From Paraspadella gotoi (Eukaryota; Animalia; Chaetognatha): a stretch of DNA of 64,000 bases. The notes under the pieces were generated by a model. It had not been told where the DNA came from, made no database searches, and saw only the letters and a list, made by a program, of their open reading frames with translations. The position numbers and the translations under genes were made by a program. The DNA lies in contig CM119263.1 of NCBI GenBank assembly GCA_051294375.1, positions 20,798,115 to 20,862,114 on the forward strand, given 5' to 3'. Of the stretch, positions 1 to 14,076 are shown piece after piece. Positions within the stretch are counted from its first letter, which is position 1; each line of letters begins with the position of its first letter.

Positions 1-273
1 GCTAAATAGTCGGACTATTTTTTTGGCGTAGAGATACACCGATTCACTCATTAAGTTATAAATTTCACTTCATCGTTAAAAAAAAATAATCCATCCAACC
101 ACAAAGCGTGCATATAAAAAATCGACCAATCAGCATTCATTATTTTGCGGGTAATCATTTTGCTACTCATTTGTTTATTAGTTACGAAGAGAAAATTTCG
201 AAAGTTTTTAGAATTAGAATTTTTAAAAAATAAGTAGAATAGTATTAGTTTTAGTACTAGACTAGACTTTGCA

Positions 274-3200
274 ATGCCAAAATACAAAAAGGTTTCAACT
301 CGCAGTCAGGAAGACGACATTCTTGGTAGCTCGAAGCCCTTAAATCCATCTCAATTGCCAACTCTTCGCGATTTTTGTGTCACGCTAAATTAAAAAGGTA
401 AATAATGTGTAGATTTTTGTTAAACAGCTGTTTGTTTTCGTTCATGGCTGATAATTCATAATTTATTTTCTTGTATTATGATCCTTTCATTTCGTTGTGT
501 TTCGAGATTTAATGAAATAGTTCGAATGCGATTTCATCAACAATAATTTATTATTTTATTAGAAATTTATTTTCATTAAAGCTTGAAATAAAAAAGCATG
601 TCTGTTTTTTCTTATGAAAATACAAAAATTCGTTTTTTGAAATCCAACTATTTCATGAAATTTTTTCTTATATAGTTCTTATATATTTCATCTGATTTAA
701 ATTTCAGCTGGAAGGAAATAACCTCAACACCGCGTTTTTTCAATCGGTGGCCAAAGACATCTTGGATGTCTATCAGCGTGCCAACTCTTCTCTTCCGATT
801 TCTGCTTTGGACTGCATTGCGGTGCGAGTGAAACGTGCGTGGAAAGGACTGACACAATGTCACCAATCCCACGGTTCACACTTTCATAACTTTTGCGATC
901 GTCTCGACAAACTCTTTGACATTCTTAACTGTAAGTGTCCAATTACTTTGTGTTCTGATTCGGGATGCGATGGAAACTGTGAATGCAAGCGCATATAGTT
1001 TGCCATTGTTGAAAAAAGCAAATAAAATTCCATCAATCGACTTCGCTTCATCTTCGATCAGCGTAACAAAAGTTCACGAGTTGGAAAAATGTCTATTGGC
1101 TCGGTTGACCGAAAAACCACCAAAACGCTTGAAAAAAAAACTTCAAAGACAAATACAAGTATATTAATATTGTTACATGTCATAATGTTTGCAATCATTG
1201 AAGTATTTTGTTTAATAGGAACAAGAGCGTCTTCAACCCGTCGTAACTCCAAACATTTCAGCTTGCCTCTTAGAGTCTGAATCACGATGTGCTCCTTCCC
1301 GTTTTCTCATCGAAAATGAGGACCTTGGTGACGACTCTGAAAGTTTTGTTTTGGACCACAATAATTTGATTTGCGGAGGTAATTTTTTTCTTTTATTTAG
1401 TAAAATTAATTCATTATGAAATATGAAATAAATTTTTAAATTTACAAAATTGTATATGGTTCAAAAAACAGAAATTTCATTATATTTCATTTATAATAAT
1501 TAAAAATTTAAGCTGTAATTTAGCTTTTTGTCATTCCAATAGTATAAATACAAAACCAAACCATTTAATAATAAAGACGGATAATAACTTATTGTAATTT
1601 ATATAATGGCTTTTTTTACTTTAACAATTAAGAAATATTTTTGTAAATCGTTACAGAAAATCTTCGTCACCTCGACAATCTCGCTCGGGAAGCTGACCGA
1701 TGGCCGTCGGCGTCTGACCGTATGGTCGCCGCTATCGCAACGGCGGTTTTGGTCGATTACGGAATCGTGACAGAAGACAATCAGTCAGAGGCCATCGACC
1801 GTCACAAGGTACGGCGAGCTCGGGAGCGAATTCGAAAGGAACTCCAAAGCGAAGAGACATCAGGCGATGTCGAAGGCTTGTTCTTCGACGGCAAAGAAGT
1901 TGAAACTCTGAAGATGGTCAAAGACGATCAAGGAAGTGAAGAGGGTGAAGGTCAAAGAGGAGCATATTGTTGTCATAAACGATTCCCGAAGGGGAATATC
2001 TGACTCACCTCACTCCAGGAGGAAAAAAAAGCGGCACCAACCACCAAAGCTCTATTTGATTTCCTTGAAGAAAATACTCTGACAGATAATATCAAGTAAG
2101 TAGTTTAACCTAGTTTTAGCTGGCTGTAATAGATACAATATTAATTTTGAAATTATTGTCAACAACGATTTATTTATTACAATGGACCTGCTTTTTCTAA
2201 TTACCCTTACACAACGGAAAGAAAGGATTACATCACAATATTAATTTTTAAAATTTTAAAATTATTTTAAAAATAATAATAAAATTTATTTAGCCGCTTA
2301 TAATAAGAGAGAGAGATAAGAGTCATAATGATTGTTTTCTATTAATGTTATACAAATCACGTTTTTTATATAATATTTAAAAAAATATATCCAACTAAAT
2401 AGTTCTCTTTTACAGGGTAATTGGAGGTGATTCAACTGCCGTGAACACCGGCCATCGAGGCGGTGTGTTTGCCAGTTTGGAACGCATGCTAGGACGGCGA
2501 TGCCTTTGGTCCGTGTGTATGCTTCACACGAATGAGTTGCCACTACGTCATTGATCGCAAAAGAAAGCGGGGAAACATCAGGGAAGTCAACTTTTAAGGG
2601 AGAAATTGGACAGGTTTTACCTAACATTCACAAGTTAGAATGGAAACAAAAATTTCTCCCGATCTTAGATGGCGAAGACATTTTTATTCCCGATGACGTG
2701 GTCGTGATCTTTCCCACACCAAAAGATCTTATATCTTTCTTTTAAATCAATTCGCAATGGTTTTCCCTTGGCAGATTTAAAAAGTCTCACCCCTGGCGAA
2801 ATTTTTCACGCTCGTTTTTGACAACTGCTATACGCTTTTTGTTTCTGCACATGAAAAAAAATTGATTTGACCGATAAAGCTATCCAGTCCGTTAAAAAAA
2901 TTGTTCTTTTTATCATGACGAATTATGCACCTATGTGGTTCCGAATCAAATCTGCGCCATCAATTACGAATGCTCCATTTCATGTTTTTGCTCAACTTCA
3001 ATTTTTAAAGTTGCTGCCAGACGCTTTACGTGAAATAGTTTTTCCTTACATAAAATCCTATTTTGTTCATCCAGAGAACCTTCTGTTAGCATTGGCAGCT
3101 TCTGAAGATAAAAACCATCGAGAATTCGCCGTTAAAAAGTTACTTGATTGAGATTCGTAAAGGATGCGATCAAGGAGATGATACTCCGCGAAATTTTGAA

Positions 3201-3325
3201 CCCCCTTCTCTTAATTTTGATGCAAAGGCAATTTATGATATTATCAGTTGGGATAAAATTACTGTTACTGAACCAATTTTTACGACTAAGTTTAGTATTT
3301 CTGATATTAATCAGTTATTTAGAGA
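274..3325 (+). pseudogene. Decayed, frameshifted and intron-interrupted DNA transposase (hATm-like, hAT superfamily)
   Basis: Fragments in changing frames read NPSQLPTLRD; LAREADR..VSDRMVAAIATAVLVDYGIV..IDRHKVRRARERIR; GLFFDGK; EEHIVVI; IGGDSTAVNTGHRGG; CMLHTNELPLRHL; YAPMWFRIK; YFVHPENLLLALA; RNFEPPSLNFDA. This motif order matches hATm-type transposases. AT-rich intron-like gaps and frameshifts separate the fragments. Confidence 0.75.
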
Positions 3326-4288
3326 ATACATCGTCTTTTTTCCTGGTGGCTCGATTTCGATAATTTCCGGTACCGATCGACGTGGAATTTACGTCTAGTA
3401 TACTGAGATTAAATTTCATTAAAATCGGTTCACGCGTTCAAAAGTATGGGCAAAAAACGACGAAAAATAGCGCCTTCCGAGGGATCAACTTTCGCCGCTC
3501 AAACGAGCGAAAAAGTGTTAACATAAGATTTGAACTACGTAGTACTAATCCTTAGTTCGACCGAATCATCGGTAAAGCCGATATCCTCGTTCCGGGCCAA
3601 TTAGAAATTAACGGAAAATTACGGAGCTGACGACGGAAAGAAAATATTGATATAGGAAACGAATATGTAAAAGAATGAGGTAATATGATTACTGATACAA
3701 CTTAAATAAGTGATTGGATGATAATTTAATACTAATTGGGGGTTAAAAGCGTATATGATTTAGATATTTAAGTAATCATTTTTATTTAATTTTTTTCTTA
3801 AGAATAAGTATTTTTTAAATATTTTTTTGTGTTTAAAATGGGGAGTGCAAGCTGATCCGATATACGTAGAGACCGAGGTCCCTGTCGCCACTTTTTATTT
3901 AACTAAAATTGTTCATGTACAGTTATCTTACATAAGGTAAGTAAAAGTAAATCAAGTAAAAACCCAAAATGGCTGCTCTGGCTGACGGGGTCAATCTTGG
4001 ATCCATGATCAATGATTCTGGGATCGAATCTATAATGGTACTTGGTAATTATTTAATTATGCTCAGTAACTAGGAATAAAGTAGCCCTATTAATAAAAAA
4101 AAAGATGGTGAATCTATTGCAAACGGTAATATTAAATGACAAAGAATAAAAGTATTTTAAATATTAAGCTCCTATCAAATAATTTAAAACAATCTACATG
4201 ACCAGTTCATAAAAGAATACAGTACAAGCATTTATTAATGAATTATCCCCACATATTTTATCAACAAATCCTGCCAGAAATTCCCACA

Positions 4289-4380
4289 TCTTTTTGCTGC
4301 GAATCATCCCCGCGTCTTTTTGCTGCGATTCATCCCCGCGTCTTTTTGCTGCGATTCATCCCGCGTCTTTTTGCTGCGAT
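4289..4380. repeat. Short tandem repeat, ~27-bp unit (tctttttgctgcgattcatccccgcg), 3-4 copies
   Basis: The unit is directly visible in tandem. Confidence 0.8.
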
Positions 4381-4881
4381 CATGTTTGGAATATTGGATT
4401 AGAATAAATCTCGGTTAAAAATTTTTTTTTATTATTTCATTTAATAAAATTAGCAGATCGTTGATAATTACAATAAAATCTTTTTTACAGAATGGACAAT
4501 TGCTTATTTCATCGATGCTTAGTAGCATTTTTATTCATATTATAATTCTAAAAAAAATTTTGTATGCACCCAACACACATTTATTATTATTATCAGTTTA
4601 GTTTGAATTTTTTAATATTTGAATATCATTCAAAATGAATTCACCTGGATGCCGCTTCTCCACTTCCTGGGCCCAATCGTAAACAGCTGGGACCCAGCCA
4701 TCCCCAACACATCAGCTATATTAAAAATATTATTTGTTAAATGCAATTACACAAAAATGACAATGTTATAAGAAAATAAAAATTTAAAAAAACAACCGGG
4801 TGATTTAATACAATTAAAAAATAAGGAATCATGTCTGAAAAAGATTAAAAATAAAACTATTGAATGATAAGGAAATAAAAA

Positions 4882-5622
4882 CCCCCACCCTATTTACCCC
4901 ACCCCAAATTTACCCCCACCCCAATTTTACCCCCACCTCAATTTACCCCAACCCTAATTTACCCCAACCCTAATTTACCCCCACCCAATTTACCCAACCC
5001 TAATTTACCCCACCCTAATTTACACCCTATACCAACCTAATTTACCCCAACCCTAATTTACCCCACCCTAATTTACCCCCTAATTTACCCCAACCCTAAT
5101 TTACCCAACCCTAATTTCCCTCAACCCTAATTTCCCTCAACCATAATTTCCCTCACCCTAATATACCCCTACCCTAATTTACCCAACCCTAATTTACCCC
5201 CAACCTTAATTTACCCCCACCCTAATTTACCCCCACCCTAATTTACCCCAACCCTATTTGCCCTAACCCTAATTTCCCTCAACCCTAATTTACCCTAACC
5301 CTAATTTCCCTCAACCCTAATTTCCCTCAACCCTAATATACCCCACCCTAATTTACCCCCACCTTAATTTATCCCCACCTTAATTTATCCCCACCCTAAT
5401 TTACCCCCACCCTAATTTCCCACAACCCTAATTTACCCCCAACCTTAATTTACCCCCACCCTAATTTACTCCCCAACCTTAATTTACTCCCCAACCTTAA
5501 TTTACTCCCAACCCAATTTACCCCCAACCCTAATTTACCCCAACCCTATTAATTAACCCTAATTACCATACCTAATTACCATTAACCCTAACTTACCATT
5601 AACCCTAACTTACCATTAACCT
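4882..5622. repeat. Degenerate telomere-like minisatellite, ~16-18-bp unit (accctaatttacccc)
   Basis: Dozens of units each contain CCCTAA. The array ends in accctaacttaccatta variants. Confidence 0.9.
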
Positions 5623-8544
5623 ATCTTCTTTTTAACTTACATTTAATCTTATTTTTTTTTAATTTAATTTTTTTTGCATAAACTGTAGATTAAATTCACA
5701 ACAAAATAACGCTGATGAAGACGAATTAGAATCGAAACCTGTCCATTTTTTTCTTTGTTCGTCGACGAAAGGCTTGAGACGGTCAGTGGAAGTCGAGGTT
5801 TCGGCAGACTTCGGCCCGCGAAGTCGAGGCGAAAGAATGGCTCCTCAATAAACGATCTCAAATGGGCTGTCGTAGATTCGCGATGGCCGTCGCGGCGGAT
5901 GAGCGCAAAGCGGCAACTTTGGAGGCCGCTCGGTATCTTTTGGGGATGATTAGATTGAGAAAGCGTCTTCAGTATTCGTATTTGGGCAATAGTTCTTGAA
6001 AACTATCTTTAAAATATATCGACTGTTTTTAACTTAGTCGTGACTCCCGGTCAAAACGCCGCAGTTTTACGAAACATCCAAATTTTCTAAAATTTAAAAA
6101 TAATCATTGCTGAGAAATATTTAAAGTCGATTCTGATAAAACTTGCATAACTTTTAAATTGCTATCTTAACATTGAAAAAATCTTCATAGTTTGCAAATG
6201 ACAGCGTTTTTATACCGGCGCTTGTAAAATAATCACCATGTACTTTGGTAGTCCAGAGATGCTTGAAAGGCATGATTTGTCGGCTTTAGCAGATTGACGA
6301 TCAAATAGTTTCTCTTATTCTCTTTGAAATTATGAAGAGTTTAAAAAGGGTACCTTAATAAGAATAATATAATAAAATAAAACTGAATATGTAACGAACG
6401 ATGTAAGCACAAATTTTGAAATGTGACGAAGTCCGAGCTCAGATATCACGATTCGCGAGTAAAAAAATTACGGGAGCTTGACGGAGACGGCCAAAGTCGA
6501 AGCGATGAAGCGGAGGCCATTTTTTTCCATCATGATATTACGAAGCACGTTTACTTTGGGCAAATAGTTCTCGCAAACTCTATCTAGGACGTCACTCCTG
6601 GTCAAAACGCCGCAGTTTTGATCGATCGATCGGTCCAAATTCTTTAAAAATAACAATAAAACGTATATATTTAACGTAAAATCTAACTTTGCATTATAAT
6701 TTTCGTAAAAAATCGGGCGGGAATAATGTTTTTAAGGGGGAGTTATCCGATGGATCGAAGATAAATTATTAAAAAGACAAAAATTATAGTAAATAAAAAC
6801 ACTCGTCTCGATGGTCATTATTCGCCTTTTTCTGGGTACACAATATGCACCACAATCCAAATTTTTCTAGTGGTCAACTTTTCAAGATATGAGGGTCTAA
6901 AGTGGGAAATCTTAAAAAGGTCGCTCTCTCTCAAAGCAATCAAGTGCTCTCTCAATGGACATTTGGTCATTGATACTCCGGAAATCCATCAACCGAACAA
7001 TTGGCAGTATGCTCTTTAGTCATTTTTTTAAAACTTTAGAAGAGAAGGAAAAAAACAACAAAACAAGAAAAAAATACTATCAATTTGCGCTCGCTTTTTT
7101 ACATAGAAAGCATTGATTGATTTGCCACATCCGATACCCAGAATGTGGCCAAAGACCTGCATTGATGATTGAATGTATAAACTTTATTCTTTATTGTTTT
7201 TTTTTCCAGAGCAGCTTTTTTAGATAACAAAAGTAGTTTATTCCGTTGTGCTGTACAGCAAACATTTACAACAGTCCATAATAATTAATTCAGAAAGAAG
7301 GAAGCTGACCGTCATTAAAGCATACATCATTTCGGATTGACTGAAAAAAACTGGATTAAGAAAAATCGTTTACAGGGTTTTCGTCTCTGTACTTTAATTT
7401 TTTTTCTTGTTTTTTCTCAGAAAGTTTTTGATTTTATTAACGAACAAAGATTGATACAAATTGGATAATTGTCTTTTCGAGCATGACACTAACTCTAATT
7501 CAAGTAATGAATTTGTCTGTTAGAATAAAGGTTTAAAATTGTTAAAATTCAGCACCGAATTTATTTAATTGATTTAAACGGACATGTTTCGGTTTCGGTT
7601 TACAGAACCTTCTTCATGCTGGCTGCTCAGTTAAGGACAGTGTGAAATACATACATATATTGGTGCATTCATAAAGAACGGTGGAGTAGAGAGAGAAGAG
7701 AGAAGACGAGCGAGATAGAGAGAAAGATAATGAGAGAGAGAGGCGAATACCTAAAAAATAAACTTGAAATAAATTCGATTGTCTGACTCAACCAATTTAC
7801 AACTACATTTCTCTTTATGTCGCAAACGCAACGCACTATAAAGAAAAGAAAATGCGTTTAGATGAGCAATGGCGACTGCCATTTCTATTATTTTCTTTGC
7901 CAATTTGTTCTTACACGATTTCTCGTTTACCTTTAGTTAGATGCGCTTTTGCTTCTTGGAGTTACTCTCTCCTTTTCGTTTTACTCCTTCTACCAGATAT
8001 ATATTTACGGCCTATTAGACTTTTGACCCTTTCTCAGCCCATCCAAAAACGGGCTTTTACGGAGTTAGGCCAACCCACGTCACGTCAAGTCCACATTTCG
8101 TCATGATACCGTTTCAGAGAGCTGTTAGGCCAGGCCCTTGAGCCCCGGTACCCGTGACCGCAAGCCTTTCCGCTTCGATACGGCGCCCCGACATTCACGG
8201 CGCTCGCCCATCGGCGGCCGGGTGTCGCGCGCCCCTTTTTCCGACGACGGTTCGAGGGACGTGAGGACGGCCGACTTCGTGACGGGAGAATATACGAGGA
8301 GCCTCACCTAACCCTACGGGTTTTGTTGCAGAAATTTAACAATGACATTTGTCTTGAGAAGAGGATTAGATCTTATACTTTTGTAATCAGAGAAACAGAT
8401 CCAGATCCAGATCCAGTCTCTTACTTAATCATGTTGCCGCCACGATGTCGGGAGGCAACTACCCCTAACTCGTAAACAAAAAATAAATCGGGATATCCCG
8501 AGTTCACGTTTCTTTTCATCGTCTTCATTAATTCGTCGTCGCGT

Positions 8545-8579
<35 letters not shown>

Positions 8580-11500
8580 TCTCTCTCGAGAAAACTGGGC
8601 AAAGTTAAAAACGCCGATAATCGGAATTTCATGACCGTCGGACTTTCAGCCACTTTTTCTCCCTTTTACGTCACTCACGACCAGTACCGCTACGACCATA
8701 ATACAAATTGATTTATCAAACAATAAACAATAATTAATTTACCTTAACAATTTAAATTATATAATCACTCAATCATTCAATTAATCATTGTCGGTGTTAT
8801 CATCGACGTCATCCATGATCGTTGGCTTTTGTCATGGACGAAAAAAAGAAAAGATCTAAAAACAAACAAGTTTTGAGCCAAACATTGCCGAATTTAAATC
8901 AAAATTAATCAATCAATCAACAATATATCTATCAATTCAGGAATCAGTGTTATCATTGTGTTCATCGGCATAATACGTCGTTGTTGCTTTTGTCTTGATG
9001 AAAGGCCTAAATTTTTGGCTAAATACCAGATCTGATCAAATAATACTTTAATTGATTCACTGTTTATCTTTTTTTTTCTTTTGATATCAAGGATAAATGC
9101 AAGCTGAATAAGTTAAACAATTATTTCAATCAATCAATCAATCAATTAATATAGTTAAATTAATTTATCAAAAAAGCCGACTTTGAAAAAAAAGTTTGAG
9201 CAAACAATTTTAATTTATTTAATTAATTAAGTATAAGAAAATAACAATGCTTTAAATAATTAACTATTTAATTACCGTTAATGATCGTTCGCAATCCAGC
9301 ATTGTTTTGCTCATGATTAATTGCTTATTGTTAATTAATTTTTAAGATGACATCTCTGCAAACTATCCTTGATATGAACAACGAGGCGAAGAAGACATCT
9401 CCAGCAATTGATGCTGAACATCATATGAGGCAATGATTTAAAGTAATAATATGGACGTTAACAAGCAAAAACCCGCAAGTCCCACCTACTACATCCATCC
9501 GCAAAAAGTTATTAACGATGTAATAACTATTTGACGAGAAGCTTTTTGGGTATCACATTATTGTCTTAGTATAGTTTATAGTTTTTAATATTTTGATTAA
9601 TATGTTTTTACATGGACCTTTTTTTAAAGATTTGTAGGGCGGTCATTGCCTAGCTTCCACCCCGCCTATAAGCATGACTGTTTCAGTTTGTGACCCGGTG
9701 GCTCATTGAGTAAAGCCATAGCTCATGACCCACTAGGTACCGGGCCAATCCCACCCGTTAAACCTACCCTTGCGGGAAGAGTGAGGACCGCCGTAATCGC
9801 CTGGGGGCGTGGCAAACCTCAGCCTGTTCCATTGTCTGCTAGAGGGGTTTATAGGAAGTTACGGATAGTCATCCTCTGTCCACTAAGCGCACTTATCTAC
9901 AGGTTAAAGGCAGTAAGGGAACTTTTATAAAAACGGAAATTCATCGTCTTGGCTTGAGTTCAACCGCTTGAAGCCCTAACACCTATTAATTTACTTTTCT
10001 CAAAGGATAACGGTTTTTAAAGATATGAAATGGTCTTATTAAAAAAAATTATGTTTATGATGTTATGATATTGTAGGATTATAATAAAGATTTATAAAAC
10101 TATTCATTCACATTAGATTTTTTTATCAACGGGTTCTCTGGAGGCCCGGCTGCCAATGTTCTGTGACAGGGGTAACTTTCAAAATGCCATAGTGCATAAA
10201 TTAATTACAGTATTATAATAAACACTACATCAGCAGATTTGATCTATCGCTGCAAAAAATTTTGAATTTACTGATTTATGATGCAGTTTCCAAAGGTTAT
10301 CAAGATTAGTTTATTGGTTTTTCATGCCAAAGTAATGACAATTTTTTTCTACTAAATAATTAGGTAACTGAAACTATGTGTACAAAATTGTAGTTGAATT
10401 GCAACGTCCGAAGCATAACTCAGACGAAGCCTCAAAAGGAAGAACACGTTTTTAAAAAATTAATAAAAGTGGGTTAAAATTCAAGAGAAGATATGAAATG
10501 AACCAAAATTATTTTACTAAATAAAACGTTTCTCCTGCTGGCACTGTACTTTTAGTAGTAGAACAATTTAATAAAAACAAATAGTTTCTATTGTTGCTAG
10601 AAAAATTGAAATGTTCTTGTGAAATAGATACTGATTGACCAAGATGACGGCCGCCGTTGCGAGCAACGGATAACCGATGTTAAACGAGAGTTGACATAAT
10701 AATGCAAAAATTTTCATTTTAAATAAAGTTTGATTGTCTCGACCTAGATTTCACCCAAGAGATTTTAAACGAGATTTAAACGAGATCCGGCTCTGGCAGC
10801 GTCTGTCCAGCTTCTTTTCTCTCTCTCTCTTCTCTCTCTGTATTCTCTCTCTCTCTTTTCTCTCTCTTTGTTATCTATCTCTCTCTTCTCTCTGTATATA
10901 TATATATAATCTCTCTCTCTCTGTATCTCTCTCTCTCTCTCTGTGTGTCTGTCTCTCTCCGTCCGATCGTTCGTTTTTTGAAAAAAATTGATTATTTTTT
11001 TCCTTCTAAAAACTTTTATTTATCGCCCTTTGTTTCCGCGCTTTTTTTCTCAATGCCTCAAAATCCAAAAATTACAATAACTTACTACCGCAGATTTCGT
11101 GGCCGTTGCGGGCAATGAGTAAACCCAATGCTTAAGGAACATGATCAATAACGCGTTTTCGAATCGCAACGGAACGTTACGTGTATAAAAAAAATCAACA
11201 TGACCAAATTTCACCATGGCGGAAACGTTACGTGTATAAAAACAAGTTTGACAAACAATGCCGAATTGCCCCCCACGATCATTATCATTATTATGAATTA
11301 ATTTAATCATTTAATTAATTAATTAATTTTCTTTCGTATTCAAAAATCGTTTTCCACTTTGTCTTTCGCCTCTCAATCACAAAACAATAATTTGATCACA
11401 AAATTAAACTAATTATTAAATAATTAATTCAAAAATAATTAATTATTATTAATTAATTGACTAATTGTATTAATAATAATTAGCAGCTTGATTTACTATT

Positions 11501-12099
11501 TACTAAAAGAAAATAAAGACATAATCAATATGTGAAATAGTTTTGTTTTTTCATTTTAACTCATTTCCACGAGAGATTCCATCGAAACTAATTTCTCTGG
11601 CTAATCACACACTTCCTACCCACTTACAAAATTTCGAATGTCCATCCCATCCATATCATCAAGTAATTGACATTCAAATAGTGAAATAGATTTTTTTTGT
11701 TTTTTTTATTTTAACTCATTTCCACTTGGAACCAACAAAGTGAATTATGAGCCGCGAATTGCTGTAGCAGATCGGGCTAAAAATAAAATAAATGTAATAG
11801 TTGTGGATCGTCTTGACCTAGATTTCACCACCGTCACTAGGTGACGAGTAAACGAGTTCTGCTCTGCAGCGTCTTTCCAGCTTCTTTCTCTCTCTCACTT
11901 CTCTCTCTCTCTCTTCTCTCTCTTTGTCTCTCTCTCTCTCTCTTCTCTCTCTCTCTTCTCCCTATCTCTTCTTTTCTTTTTTTTACAAAAAAATTGGTTT
12001 ATTCACTTTTTTTTCGCTTTTTTGTGTGAATCAGTGAATCAGTTTAAAAAGTGTTCCTCACTGTAAATCTTGCAAATGGACTTCTCCGTAAGTTTCTGG

Positions 12100-12855
12100 A
12101 TTGATTGATTGGTAGAAGAAAACCGACGACAACAACAAGGAAGAAAACGATAAAACGACGGCATTAGATTACGAGAAAAATGACTACGAAGACGACGAAA
12201 AATGATGACGAAAACGACGATGAAGAAGGACGACGAAGAAGACGTAAAGAAGGGCGACGACGAAGACAAATGTCGAAAATGATGGCAAATCAGACAAAAC
12301 GACGATAAAGGAGACAAAAATAAGACGATGGAAACGACGAAGACGGACGACCAAAACGGACGTCGAGACGATGAACGAAAAAACAACAATAAAGAGCACA
12401 AGAAGACGAACAAACGGACAACGACGAAATGACGGTGAAGACAAAAGACAAAATCGACGATCTAGAAGCGACAAAGGAAGACAAGACTGACACGAAGACA
12501 TCGACGAAAATGATGACAAAAATTGATGACGAAGACGATGAAAATGACGAAGACTGCCAACGAAAATGACACGAAATTGACGGACGACAAAGAGACAACA
12601 AAAACGACGACAAGAATGATGAAGAAAATGATGACACGACAACGACGAAAATTGACGATAAGAGAAATACAAAACTGGACTACGGAGGAAGACGACAAAG
12701 AAGATACGGAAAAACGACGAATGAAATTGCGACGAAGAAGACGACGAAAACGACGACGAAAATGAATGAAGAAAATGACGACACGATGTCGAAGACGACG
12801 ACAAAAAACGAAGACAAAGATGAAAAATGACAATGAAGAAGACGAAAGACAACAG
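12100..12855. repeat. Low-complexity (GAC/GAA/GAT)-rich degenerate trinucleotide region
   Basis: Irregular acgacga/gaagacga runs produce overlapping low-complexity ORFs in several frames. Confidence 0.8.
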
Positions 12856-13880
12856 AGAGGGCGATGAAAATTGGGTGCGTGTTACGATTATAAGTTTTTG
12901 GATTGGGAGAGCTCGCGCTTACCTCCGGCGGCTACCGGACCGATAAGGGGCTGTTTTCAGTTTCTCTCTCCTCTTTTAATATAATTGTTGTGCTCTCTCT
13001 CTCTTTTTCTCCGTTCGCGCTGCTTTGATTCGTGTAAAAAACCTCTGCAGCGCTGTCCAGCAAGCTGTCTAGCAGCTGTCAAGTTTCTCTTCTCATTTTA
13101 ATTTATATGTTTGCTCTCTTATTCTCTCATTGAATGACTCATCATCGTTATCAATGAATGATTATCATCAACATCAATGAATGACTATCATCGATCAATC
13201 ATTGGTTATCATGCACATCGATCATTTGGTTATCATCGCATCAATAAAGTTGGTTATCATCGCATCATTAATCAATTCCTTGGCGGCTTGATCCTTATGC
13301 TTTTTAAGATTTTTACAATTCATTTTCTGTCAAAAACCTAAAATAGGTAAGAACAAAAATCTAAACTTTAAAAAAAAAATTTCAGGAAAATCTAAAAATA
13401 CGGTAAGCCCAAAAATTAAAAAAATAAAATCGAAATTTCGAAAATCTTCCGAAATTTATTTTTTATAAAATCTTTGTTTATTTTGACTTTTTTTATTTTC
13501 TGCTGAGAAAAGAGTTTGTGAGGGTATTTCAGAGATAGTGGCAACTAACTTTTCAAATTTAAAAAAAAAAAAAATTTTTTCTCCAAAAAAAACCCTCTCC
13601 TTTGGAGACAAAAAAAAAGGCAAACAAAAATTAATACATTCAATCGTTCAATTCAGACCCTTGGCTACAGTCTCCGTGGTATCGATTGGCGATCATGACT
13701 GGCTTTCTATGCTAAAATGCCAGCGCAAGATTAAAGGTTTTTTTTCCTTTTTTTTGATTGCACTTTACAAACCAAAGTTCGTGTTGATAATAAATAAAAA
13801 CGCATACTGGCCCAATTGTAGGTCCTTTCTGAAGTATCAACCAGCCATAGTTTCATTATGCTAACTTTAAATACTTTTAA

Positions 13881-14076
13881 AGGGGAGACCTTTTATTAGA
13901 TTTCCAAACTTCCCTTGTCCCTCATATCTCAAAAAAGTTGACCCTAGAAAAATTTTGGATTGGTGCATATTGTAGCACAGGAAAAGGCGAATAAATGACC
14001 ATCGAGCACGAATTTTTTATTTAGTATAATTTTTGTCTTTTAATAATTTTTATTCGACCATCGGGATAACTCCCCT
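13881..14076. mobile_element. Short TTAA-flanked non-autonomous DNA transposon (Kolobok/piggyBac-like MITE); related inverted copy near 6735-6915
   Basis: The ends read ttaa-aggggag ... ctcccc-ttaa. The body matches 6735-6915 in reverse complement. Confidence 0.5.

Noticed and set aside
9692-9830. tRNA-like SINE head, similar to ~39855-39955
   Set aside because: An A-box-like start is shared, but the B-box and boundaries are too degenerate to call.
12039-12852. Long Ser/Phe/Arg-rich ORFs
   Set aside because: They arise from low-complexity trinucleotide sequence, with no consistent frame or domain.
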